In this document: positions 1 to 9,831 of the stretch, piece by piece | Numbering within the stretch: the stretch's first letter is position 1 | Layout of the letters: every line of letters starts with the position of its first letter | Origin: Gemmatimonadaceae bacterium | Lineage (GTDB): Bacteria > Gemmatimonadota > Gemmatimonadetes > Gemmatimonadales > Gemmatimonadaceae | NCBI GenBank assembly: GCA_035935375.1 | Contig: DASYXE010000542.1 | Location: forward strand, 1 to 26,707 | Length of the DNA: 26,707 bases | Direction: 5' to 3' | Notes under the pieces: model-generated | Databases searched by the model: none | What the model saw: only the letters and a program-made list of their open reading frames with translations | What the model was told of the DNA's origin: nothing | Made by a program: the position numbers and the translations under genes

Positions 1-732
1 GGCACCGTGGTTGTGTTGGGCGGAGACGGCACGCTCAAAGAGGTGGCCGGTGCATTGGCGCATTCCGGGCGTCCTGTGGGCATTCTGCCCGGAGGCACAG
101 GCAACCTCGTTGCCCGTTCGTTCGGGATCCCGATGGAGGCGGACGGGGCTGCGCGTGTCGTCTTGGAGGGGAGGACGGCCGCCATCGATCTCGGACGCGT
201 ACGAGGACACGGGACGACGCCGCACTGGTTTGCGTTCTCGGTGAGCGTCGGCGTCGATGTCCGCATGCTGGCACGCACGCGGTCGACTGCAAAGCGCTGG
301 TTCGGGCCGCTGGCCTACGCGACGACCGCACTCGCCGAGATGGTGGACTTCACGACGTTCCGGGCGCGCATTGCGATCGACAACGAGGCGCTGGAGCGTG
401 ACGCGGCGGAGGTGATGATCGCCAATATCGGGAGTGTGTTGAACGACTTGCTCGTGCTCGGGCCGGGGGTCCGGTCGAACGACGGCCGGCTCGATCTGTG
501 TCTCTATTCCCCCACGAACGCCCGACAGGCCATCGGAGTGCTGTGGCGCATGATTCGCCGGCGCTTCGATGCGCCCGACCGGCTGTTGTTTCGCACGGGA
601 CGGGTGTTCCGCGTGGAGTGCGATCCCCCGCAGGTGGTGCAGGCCGACGGCGAGCTAGTCGGCACGACGCCATTCGACGTCGAGATCGATGAGGGTGCCG
701 TGATGTTCCTGGTCCCACGAGGACGTAATTGA
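1..732 (+). CDS. Diacylglycerol kinase-family (YegS/DagK-like) lipid kinase, 5'-truncated by window edge
   Basis: GGDGT and PGGTGNxxAR catalytic-domain motifs; C-terminal QADGE motif; frame open from base 1. Confidence 0.88.
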   Translation, partial: GTVVVLGGDGTLKEVAGALAHSGRPVGILPGGTGNLVARSFGIPMEADGAARVVLEGRTAAIDLGRVRGHGTTPHWFAFSVSVGVDVRMLARTRSTAKRWFGPLAYATTALAEMVDFTTFRARIAIDNEALERDAAEVMIANIGSVLNDLLVLGPGVRSNDGRLDLCLYSPTNARQAIGVLWRMIRRRFDAPDRLLFRTGRVFRVECDPPQVVQADGELVGTTPFDVEIDEGAVMFLVPRGRN

Positions 733-804
733 CCGCGTCAGACCCGCGACTCACATTCGTCGGGGTCGTCGAGTCCCACGTCGCTCTCAGCTGACGGCCG
801 TCGC

Positions 805-3140
805 ATGACTAACGTTGCCGAAGGATTCGAGCCAGCGAGGCTATCCGGCACGGACGAGTCGCTGCTCCTCGCCGGTCTTCCGCCCGACAAGGCCGAGGCC
901 GTGCGGGAGCTGTTGCGAGAGCGGAGCTATTTGAGCGAGCAGTATCGCCGCGTGATCGAGACCGCGAGCGACGCCATCCTCATCACCGATCCCGAGCGGC
1001 GCATCGCGTTCGCGAACTCGGCGGCACACCAACTGTTCGGCCATCCGCGCGACACGCTCATCGGCATGCGCGTGGCCGACACGCTGCCGCCGGAGATGCA
1101 CGACTCGGTGTCGGCCTTCGAGGCGGCAGCGTTGGGCGGCACGCCGCAGCGGTACGAGACGGTGGTGCTGCGGAGCACGGGCGAACGCCGGACGGTGTCC
1201 GTTAGCACGTCGCCCTTGCGCGAGGGGAATCAGGTGACCGGGGTGGTCGCGTCGCTGCGCGATGTGACGGACGAGCGACGCGCGCGTGACGCGGTGGCGC
1301 GCTCGGAAGCGCGGTATCGCAATCTCGTGGAGACGGCTACCGACGCCATCTACACAATGGATGCCGACGGGTGCTTCATGTCGGTGAACCACGCGACGTG
1401 CGAGATCGTGGGCTACTCGCGCGAGGAGCTGCTCGGCCGGCGCGCGCGGTGGTTGTTGGACCCCGATGAATCGGCGGACGTCGATCGCCACTTCCGCTGC
1501 GCGCTGGACGGACGCGCACGCCGCTACGAGTGCCATCTCTATCGGAAAGATGGCGATCGCCGGCTGCTGTCGGTGACCAACACGCCGATCTTCCAGGGCA
1601 CCACCGTAGTCGGCGTGCTCGGCATCGCGCGAGACATCACCGCCGATCGGGATCGCGAAGAGGCCCTGCTGCGCTCGGAGGCGCGGTACGAGCACCTGGT
1701 GGAGACCGCACCCGACGCGATCTTCACGCTCGACGTCGATGGACGGTTCACGTCGGTCAATCGCAGCTTCGAGCGGACGATCGGCCGCGCGCGCGCGGAA
1801 TTGTTAGGCGTCCGGTACAGCACGATTCTCGATGGGAAGCAAACCGAGTGGGCAGAGGCACTCTTTCAGGCGACGCTCGCGGGGCGGCGCCAACGCTCGG
1901 AGCTCCGCTATCGCGATGTGGACGGCTCGGTGCGCACCGGGTCCATCATCACGGCACCGGTGTTGGAGGATGGGCGCATCGCCGGCATGCTCGGTCTGGT
2001 TCGCGACGTGACCGAGGAAAAGCTGCTGTCCGCGCAACTGCTGCAGCGGGAGAAGCTGGCCGCGGTCGGCCAACTCGTGAGCGGCGTCGCCCACGAGCTC
2101 AACAATCCGTTGGCCGGCATCATGGCGTTCGCGCAGCTGCTGGAGACTTCCGGCGAAGCGACGGCGGATGAGCGCGACGCGGTGGAAACGATTCACAAGG
2201 AAGCGAAGCGCGCGGCGAAGATCGTGTCGAACCTGCTGCTGTTCGCCCGGCAGCGCGATCCCGAGCGGACGAGCACGGATTTGAACCGCGTGATGATGGA
2301 CACGCTCGAGCTGCGGCGGTACGTCTTGCGGACGCAGCAGGTGGAGGTGGTGACCGAGCTCGATCCGAATCTGCCGCTGGTGTGGGCGGACTCGTTCCAG
2401 CTCCAGCAGGTGGTGCTGAATCTGTTGACGAACGCGGAGCACGCGCTGCGCGGGGTGGACGGCGACCGTCGCATCGCGCTGACGACGCGCCGTGTAGAGA
2501 ACCGTGTGATCGCGAGCGTCACGGACACCGGACCCGGCATTCCGCACGAGGCCCTGGACCATATCTTCAACCCGTTCTTCACGACCAAAGCGGTGGGCGA
2601 AGGTACCGGGTTAGGCCTCTCGATTTCGGATGGCATCGTGCGGCAGCACGGCGGACACATCACGGTCGCGAGCACGCCGGGCAACGGCGCCACGTTTTCG
2701 ATCGAGCTGCCGATCACGACGCCGCCGACGCGCGATGGGGCCGTCAATCAGCACGAGGAGCTGTTGCGCGCGGCGCCGCGCACGCTGCTCATCGTGGATG
2801 ACGAGCCGTCGATCCGGCGGGCGCTGACGCGGTACCTCGAGCGGGAAGGCCACACGGTGGATGCTGTCGCGACCGGCGCCGAGGGGCTCGCCCTCATGCG
2901 CGAACGCCGGTACGACGGAATTCTCCTCGATCTTCGGATGCCCGAGCAGTCGGGCGCCGCCGTGTACGCGGCCTTGGTCGAGAGCGATCCCGATCACGCG
3001 GAGCGCGTGGTGTTCGCGACGGGCGACGTAGAAAGCGATGCGGCGCGAGAATTCTTGCGAACCGCGAAGCGCCCGTACGTGAGCAAGCCGTTCGTCCTGC
3101 CGACGGTGGCGCACCTGTTGTGCAGTGTGGGCGCGCGCTG

Positions 3141-3141
<1 letters not shown>
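805..3141 (+). CDS. Cytoplasmic hybrid sensor histidine kinase (3 PAS/PAC - HisKA - HATPase - REC)
   Basis: Three PAS repeats (e.g. YRNLVETATDAIYTMDADG...VN); H-box VAHELNNPL; G2 box GEGTGLGLSIS; C-terminal receiver (LIVDDE, LLDLRMP, SKP); no TM segment. Confidence 0.95.
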
Positions 3142-4520
<1,379 letters not shown>

Positions 4521-4571
4521 GTCGGGACGTGCGCGGTGTCCCGTGCGTCTACACCACGGCGACCCTTCCCT

Positions 4572-4577
4572 TACATT
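4572..4577 (+). promoter_or_regulatory. Putative -10 element (TACATT) of a leaderless transcript
   Basis: TANNNT hexamer 7 nt before ATG 4585; no SD-like sequence. Confidence 0.45.
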
Positions 4578-4584
4578 CGATATC

Positions 4585-4791
4585 ATGTCCGATCCCATCC
4601 CTCCGGCGGTACCGCACGAACACGACGGCATGACGTGCCGCGCATGCGGCCGCGAGGAACGCGCGTCAGAGGGCTACCCGTGCGCGGACTGCGGCACGTT
4701 CATCTGCCTGGTGTGCAGCTTTCGCGGTGTCGTGCGGTGCCGAGAGTGCGAGGCGACGCACGCGGCCGAAGGCCGGGGCAGCGCGACGTGA
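4585..4791 (+). CDS. 68-aa Cys-rich protein with four CxxC pairs (putative binuclear zinc finger)
   Basis: MSDPIPPAVPHEHDGMTCRAC-x11-CADC-x4-CLVC-x7-CREC; fills the gap between genes; its stop overlaps the next start (GTGA). Confidence 0.75.
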   Translation: MSDPIPPAVPHEHDGMTCRACGREERASEGYPCADCGTFICLVCSFRGVVRCRECEATHAAEGRGSAT

Positions 4792-5072
4792 GCGACGTCG
4801 TGGTGGTGCGCCGCCGCGTTGTGTTAGGCGAGCGCGCATTCTCGGTGCTGGGCGACACGGCGTTCGACCGGCGCACCGGCGAGTGGAGCGCGCGGCTGCT
4901 GTTCGTGCCGCTGGACCGGTCGCTGCCGCGGGCGGTGGCATCCAAGCCGATCAAGCGCGGCACGCGGCGGGACGACGTGGTGCGCAGCCTGAGCGACGTG
5001 AGCGACGCCGATCTCGCGCGCGCGTCGCGGACGGTGGTGCCGGCCTCGCCGCGCCGCGCCCGGAGCCGGTGA
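4788..5072 (+). CDS. Hypothetical protein (94 aa)
   Basis: GTG start coupled to the zinc-finger stop; globular-looking sequence (GEWSARLLFVPLD); fills the gap to the next gene. Confidence 0.65.
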   Translation: MSDVVVVRRRVVLGERAFSVLGDTAFDRRTGEWSARLLFVPLDRSLPRAVASKPIKRGTRRDDVVRSLSDVSDADLARASRTVVPASPRRARSR

Positions 5073-5085
5073 CGGATCGGGCGAC

Positions 5086-5856
5086 GTGAGCAGCCTCGTC
5101 GTGCGGGTGTCCGTGGCGCCGGTGAATGCCGAGCCGCGCGCGGGGAGCGAGCAGGTGACGCAGGCGCTCGCGGGTCATCCGGTGGAGCAGGTGGATGGCC
5201 GAGAGCGCGAGCCGTGGCTCCCGGTCCGGCTGCGCGACGGATACGAGGGGTGGATGCACCGCGGCTACCTGTCGGACATCGATAGGAGCGCGTCGCCTAA
5301 CGGAAACGGGCCGGCGCGCGTGTCGCTCGGATGCGTCGTGCGCGACGCCCACGGCGCGCGGCGCGCCTTACCGCTCGGCGCGTGGCTCGATGCCGGGGCG
5401 GTAGTGGACAGCGGCGAGACGGTCGAGCGGGGCGAGATGGCGCGGCGCTTTCCCCCGACTGCCGCGGCGGCCGCACGCAGCGCGTGCACGCGGTTCGAGG
5501 GGACGCCGTACGAGTGGGGCGGCCTCACGCCGTGGGGCGCCGATTGCTCGGGCCTCGTGCAGACGGTATTCGGGCTGCACGGCATCGCGTTACCGCGCGA
5601 CGCGCGCGCGCAGGCCGAGTGCGGCGAGTCGATCGCGGCGGGGAATGCGCTGGCCGCGCTGGAGGCCGGCGACCTTGCGTTCTTCTCCGATCGCGACGAC
5701 GGACGCATCACGCACGTCGCGATTGCGCTGGGCGCGTCGCGGCTGGTGCACTTGGGGCTGGGACGCGGCGGGTACGCGATCGAGAGCCTCGAGGCGCCGG
5801 ATGCGTACGCGCGCGCGCTGTTGTCGCGGTTCCGTTGGGCCCGTCGCGTGCGCTGA
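5086..5856 (+). CDS. SH3b + NlpC/P60 (C40) peptidase, YkfC-like
   Basis: N-terminal SH3b-like segment (SEQVTQALAG...DGYEGWM); FEGTPYEWGG...GADCSG catalytic Cys; ITHVAI His; no signal peptide. Confidence 0.9.
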   Translation: MSSLVVRVSVAPVNAEPRAGSEQVTQALAGHPVEQVDGREREPWLPVRLRDGYEGWMHRGYLSDIDRSASPNGNGPARVSLGCVVRDAHGARRALPLGAWLDAGAVVDSGETVERGEMARRFPPTAAAAARSACTRFEGTPYEWGGLTPWGADCSGLVQTVFGLHGIALPRDARAQAECGESIAAGNALAALEAGDLAFFSDRDDGRITHVAIALGASRLVHLGLGRGGYAIESLEAPDAYARALLSRFRWARRVR

Positions 5857-5875
5857 GCGCACGGCGCGCGCGCGG

Positions 5876-6292
5876 TCAGCTCACCATTTTCGTGGCGGGC
5901 ACGACGTTGGCGCGCACGTGCAAACGCACCTCGCCGTGCACGGAGCCATCGATCGCGACGCGCATCGCATACGTGCCGGCACTGTCGAGCGGCAGGTCGA
6001 CGGCCGCGATGAGGGGGAAGTCGATTTCCGCCACCTCGGACGGCGGCGGTGCGACGTTGAGCTCTCCGTTGGATGACCAGAGCTCGGCCCCGCCGGGACT
6101 CACCCATTGCAACGCGATCACGTGTGAGCCCGCGTCGGCGCCCGTGCCCTTGAGCCGGACGACGAGGTGCGCGCGCGGGTGCACCGTCGGGAGGCCGGCG
6201 ACCTGCACGGCGTCGAACACGCCGAGGATGTTGAGCTTCCCTTCGACGGAGAGATTGGCGGCGTCGGCGAACAGCGCGAAGGAGAGGTGCAT
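5876..6292 (-). CDS. Conserved hypothetical beta-sandwich protein (resembles DUF6941 family)
   Basis: ALFADAANLSVEGKLNILGVFD...PTVHP pattern recalled from DUF6941-type proteins; family name not verified. Confidence 0.7.
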   Translation of the reverse strand: MHLSFALFADAANLSVEGKLNILGVFDAVQVAGLPTVHPRAHLVVRLKGTGADAGSHVIALQWVSPGGAELWSSNGELNVAPPPSEVAEIDFPLIAAVDLPLDSAGTYAMRVAIDGSVHGEVRLHVRANVVPATKMVS

Positions 6293-6299
6293 GGCGGGG

Positions 6300-6305
6300 A
6301 AGTTA
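6300..6305 (-). promoter_or_regulatory. Putative -10 element (TAACTT) of a leaderless transcript
   Basis: Minus strand reads TAACTT-CCCCGCC-ATG(6292). Confidence 0.45.
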
Positions 6306-6356
6306 GATGCAGTGGTGAGAGGGAGGAAGGCGCTGTCGCGCGCCGGACGCGCCGCC

Positions 6357-6362
6357 TAGGTT
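6357..6362 (+). promoter_or_regulatory. Putative -10 element (TAGGTT) of a leaderless transcript
   Basis: Plus strand reads TAGGTT-TCCAGC-ATG(6369). Confidence 0.45.
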
Positions 6363-6368
6363 TCCAGC

Positions 6369-7307
6369 ATGACCACAGCGCTCGACACGGCGATGGCGCC
6401 CGATCGCGCGGATCCAGCCGCGCGGTCGGGCGTTTCGCTCACCGATCTCTGGCTGTTGCTGACGACCACGATCTGGGGCGCGAACTACGCGGTCGTGAAG
6501 TACGGCACGGACCACATGAACGCGCTGGCGTTCAACGGCGCGCGGATCGTGATGGCGACGCTGGCGTTCGGGGTGCTGGCGGTGGTGCAGCGCCGGCGGG
6601 CGGGCGCCCGGCGCATGGCGCGCCGCGACGTGCTCCTCCTGCTCGGGTTAGGCGTGTTGGGCAACTGCGTCTATCAGACGCTGTTCGCCGAGGGGGTGGC
6701 ACACACGCGGGCGGGAAACGCGGCGCTGCTGCTGGCGGCGTCGCCGGCGCTGATCGCGGTGCTGGGTCGTTGGTTAGGCATCGAGCGCGTGGGCGGGCGC
6801 GGCTATGCGGGCGTGGCGCTCTCCGTGGCCGGCATCGCGCTCGTGGTGCTCGGCGGCGCGGCGCACGAAGCGCCCGGCGCCACGCTGACCGGGGATTCGA
6901 TCGTGGTGGCCGCGGCGGTGTGCTGGGCCGTCTACACGGTGCTGCTCCAGCCGATCACGCACCGCGTATCGCTCATCGACATTTCGGCGTTGACGCTCGT
7001 GGGCGGGATGATTCCGCTGCTCGTCGTGTCGGCGCCGGCGTTCGCGGCGACGCCGTGGGGCAGCGTGAGCGCGAAGACGTGGGCGGCGATGACGTTCGCC
7101 GGCATCGGCTCGCTGGTGATCGGCTATCTCGGATGGTATCGCGGCGTCCGCGTGTTAGGCCCGACGCGTGCCGCGATCTACTCGAATCTGCAGCCGCTGG
7201 TCGCGCTCGCCGTGGCGTGGATGCTGCTGCCCGCCGAGACGCCCACGGCGTGGCAAGGTGCCGGCGCGGTGACGATCATCGCCGGCGTGGTGCTGACGCG
7301 CGCATGA
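6369..7307 (+). CDS. DMT/EamA family transporter
   Basis: About 10 TM helices in two EamA repeats; IWGANY and GPTRAAIYSNLQPLVA motifs. Confidence 0.92.
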   Translation: MTTALDTAMAPDRADPAARSGVSLTDLWLLLTTTIWGANYAVVKYGTDHMNALAFNGARIVMATLAFGVLAVVQRRRAGARRMARRDVLLLLGLGVLGNCVYQTLFAEGVAHTRAGNAALLLAASPALIAVLGRWLGIERVGGRGYAGVALSVAGIALVVLGGAAHEAPGATLTGDSIVVAAAVCWAVYTVLLQPITHRVSLIDISALTLVGGMIPLLVVSAPAFAATPWGSVSAKTWAAMTFAGIGSLVIGYLGWYRGVRVLGPTRAAIYSNLQPLVALAVAWMLLPAETPTAWQGAGAVTIIAGVVLTRA

Positions 7308-7996
7308 AGCTCGTTCTCTTCGACATCGACGGGACCATCCTCTGGAGCGACGGCGCCGGGCGCCGCGCGATGACCGCCGCGCTCACGCGCGAGTTCGGCG
7401 GTGCCGGCCCAACGGAGTACCACTACGATGGCAAGACCGATCCGCAGATCGTGCGCGATCTGATGCGCGCGGCCGGGCATAGCGACGAGACGATCGACGC
7501 GCGCATGGATACGGTCGCGTCGAGCTACCTGTCCTTGCTCGAGCGGGAGCTCGCCACCGGCGGGCGCCGAACGCGGTTGTTCGACGGCGTGGCCGAGCTG
7601 ATCACGGCGCTCGAGGCGCGGCCGGACGCCGTGGTCGGATTGCTGACGGGCAATTTTTGCGACGGCGCGATGCTCAAGCTCTCGGCGGCGGGGCTCGACG
7701 TGGGGCGGTTCCGTGTCGGCGCCTTCGGCTCGGACCATGCGGATCGGCCGGCGCTGCCGGCGGTGGCGCTCCAGCGCGCGCGCGAAACGTTAGGCATCGA
7801 GCTGAGCGGCGGGGATGTGGTGGTGATCGGCGACACGCCGGCCGACATCGCGTGCGCACGGAGTGTCGGCGCGCGCGCGGTGGCGGTGGCCACGGGCCGA
7901 TTCAGCGTGGACGATCTGGCGGCGCACGGGCCGGCGGCGGTGTTCCCGACCCTCGCCGACACGCAGGCGGTGCTCGGGGCGATCTTCGATGCGTGA
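7304..7996 (+). CDS. HAD-superfamily hydrolase (phosphoglycolate-phosphatase-like)
   Basis: ATGA overlap; motif I LFDIDGT, motif II LLTGN, motif IV VIGDTPADI. Confidence 0.92.
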   Translation: MKLVLFDIDGTILWSDGAGRRAMTAALTREFGGAGPTEYHYDGKTDPQIVRDLMRAAGHSDETIDARMDTVASSYLSLLERELATGGRRTRLFDGVAELITALEARPDAVVGLLTGNFCDGAMLKLSAAGLDVGRFRVGAFGSDHADRPALPAVALQRARETLGIELSGGDVVVIGDTPADIACARSVGARAVAVATGRFSVDDLAAHGPAAVFPTLADTQAVLGAIFDA

Positions 7997-8582
7997 AGTC
8001 GAGCTCAAAGCGGTGCTCGACGACTGGACCCGCCGCGCCAGGTGCCTCACGCAAGCCGGCGCCACGCTCACGTTCGGCGGCCGCCTCGAGGACCGGCGCT
8101 ACGATACGCCGCTGCGCGATCTGGCGCGGCGCGACGAGGTGTTGCGATTGCGCGTGTACCGCGATGCGTCCGGTGCGCGCGCGGAGCTGGGGTGGAAGGG
8201 TCCAACCGGCTACGAGGGCGGCTATAAAGTGCGCGACGAGCTCCAGTGCACCGCCGACGCGCCCGATGTGCTCGCCGCCTTGCTCGTCCGGCTCGGCTAC
8301 GAGGTCACGCGGGCCATCGACCGGGAGATCGCGCAATACGATCTGGATGGGACCACGGTGCGGTTCGAGCGCTATCCGCGCATGGATGATCTGGTCGAAG
8401 TGGAAGGCGCGCCGGGCGGCATCGAGCGCGCGATCCTTGCGTTAGGCATCGACCGGGCGGCGTTCAGCACCGAGCGGCTCCCGCAGTTCGTCATGCGGTG
8501 GCAGCGCCGAACCGGCCAGGAACCCGCGCTCTGCGATGATGAGCTCGCGGGACGCGTGCGCTACGCGCTCGAGGACGCGTGA
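7989..8582 (+). CDS. CYTH-domain protein (class IV adenylate cyclase / triphosphate tunnel metalloenzyme fold)
   Basis: N-terminal ExExK (EVELK), LRLR, WKGP, R-x-E and LVEVEG motifs. Confidence 0.85.
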   Translation: MREVELKAVLDDWTRRARCLTQAGATLTFGGRLEDRRYDTPLRDLARRDEVLRLRVYRDASGARAELGWKGPTGYEGGYKVRDELQCTADAPDVLAALLVRLGYEVTRAIDREIAQYDLDGTTVRFERYPRMDDLVEVEGAPGGIERAILALGIDRAAFSTERLPQFVMRWQRRTGQEPALCDDELAGRVRYALEDA

Positions 8583-8583
8583 G

Positions 8584-9351
8584 ATGGCGGACGCCGGCGG
8601 GGTGATGGTCACGCTGAGCGGCCTCCTGCGCGGGCACGATCTGGCCGGCGACGCGCAGGTCACGCTCGACGACGAGGCGATACGCCTCGAGCGAGCCGGC
8701 GGGCCGGTGCGACTCCCGCTCGAGCGGCTGGACGGCGCGCGCTACGCGGTGGGCACGCTCGAGCTGTTCCTGTCGCGCGGCGACGTGGTGACGTTAGGCG
8801 GGTCGCCCGCCCTGGCCCCGTTGGCGGCCGACTTGGACCGGCGCGCGATGGCGGTGCCCGAGGTCACGCGCTCGCTGCGCGGCCTGGGGTCGACGCGCGC
8901 GTCGCCGGGCGCCGATCACGATCGATATTTCGGCCCGCTGCTCACGGCGCGCCGCGAGGCCGAGGCGGCGGCGGGCCCCGATCGTGCGCGGGCGGCGTTC
9001 GACGCGCCGTCGCTGCGTGCCGCGATGATGCAGCGGCTGCACGAGCTGGCCGCGGAGCGCCATCCGTCCGAGCCGCCGGAGCGCCGCGCACTCGACGCCG
9101 AGCTCTCGGAGCTGGCCGAGCCGCTCGTCAGTGCGTTAGGCACGCTCGAGCGGGCGCAAGACGCCCTGGCGTCGAGCGACGACGCGGTGCGCTTCGCGCG
9201 GTGGCGAAGCTGGGCGGCCGCGCTGCACACGGTGTTCGAAACGGCGGACGAGGTGTGGCTAGCGGTCGTGCGCGTGCTGGCCGCCGATGCGCCGACGCGC
9301 CGGTCGCGCGCCAAGCCCCGCTTTCGCCGCGCGCCGCGGGAGGACGCGTGA
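8584..9351 (+). CDS. Hypothetical protein (255 aa; beta-rich N-terminus, helical C-terminus)
   Basis: ATG 1 nt after the CYTH stop; its stop overlaps the acpS start; no recognisable motif. Confidence 0.7.
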   Translation: MADAGGVMVTLSGLLRGHDLAGDAQVTLDDEAIRLERAGGPVRLPLERLDGARYAVGTLELFLSRGDVVTLGGSPALAPLAADLDRRAMAVPEVTRSLRGLGSTRASPGADHDRYFGPLLTARREAEAAAGPDRARAAFDAPSLRAAMMQRLHELAAERHPSEPPERRALDAELSELAEPLVSALGTLERAQDALASSDDAVRFARWRSWAAALHTVFETADEVWLAVVRVLAADAPTRRSRAKPRFRRAPREDA

Positions 9352-9773
9352 TCGTCGGCGTCGGCCTCGACCTCGTCGATGTCGCGCGCGTCAAACGGTT
9401 GATCGCGTCCAAGCAGACGCGCGCCCTCGAGCGGCTGTTCACCGAGGGTGAAGTGACGTACGCGATGGGCAGGCCCGAGCCGTACATGCATCTGGCCGTA
9501 CGCATCGCGGCGAAAGAGGCGGCGTACAAAGCGCTGTCGGGGTCGGCCGGTGCGCGAGGGATCGGGTGGCGCGAAATGGAGGTGGTGTCGGTGGACGGCG
9601 CCGCGCCGTCATTGCTGCTGCACGGCGCCGCCGAGATCCGATGCGCCGAGATGGCGGTGACTCGCGTGTGGCTGACGTTGTCGCACAGCCAGATGACGGC
9701 GGGAGCGGTGGTCGTGCTCGAAGGAGGAGGGAAGCGGACAAAGGAAGGAGAAGCCGGCGATGACACGGACTGA
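9348..9773 (+). CDS. acpS: Holo-[acyl-carrier-protein] synthase
   Basis: IVGVGLDLVDVAR, RLFTEGE, AAKEAAYKAL and LTLSHS motifs; GTGA overlap. Confidence 0.95.
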   Translation: MIVGVGLDLVDVARVKRLIASKQTRALERLFTEGEVTYAMGRPEPYMHLAVRIAAKEAAYKALSGSAGARGIGWREMEVVSVDGAAPSLLLHGAAEIRCAEMAVTRVWLTLSHSQMTAGAVVVLEGGGKRTKEGEAGDDTD

Positions 9774-9831
9774 CGCGCGGCGCTAACGAGCAGTGGTGCC
9801 GTCCGTGTAAAGCCGATAGATTCTCTCGTCA

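Noticed and set aside
4523-4543. Hairpin CGGGAC...GTCCCG after the NtrC-like gene as a terminator
   Set aside because: Short stem and no U-tract
9760-9786. 8-codon ORF (MTRTDARR) behind an AGGAG within the acpS tail, as a leader peptide for FTR1
   Set aside because: The purine run is explained by acpS Gly/Glu/Lys codons; no regulatory codon pattern or attenuator structure seen
9811-9831. Fur box upstream of the iron permease (GATAGATTCTC)
   Set aside because: Spacing does not fit the 7-1-7 or 19-bp consensus; better explained as a -10 element
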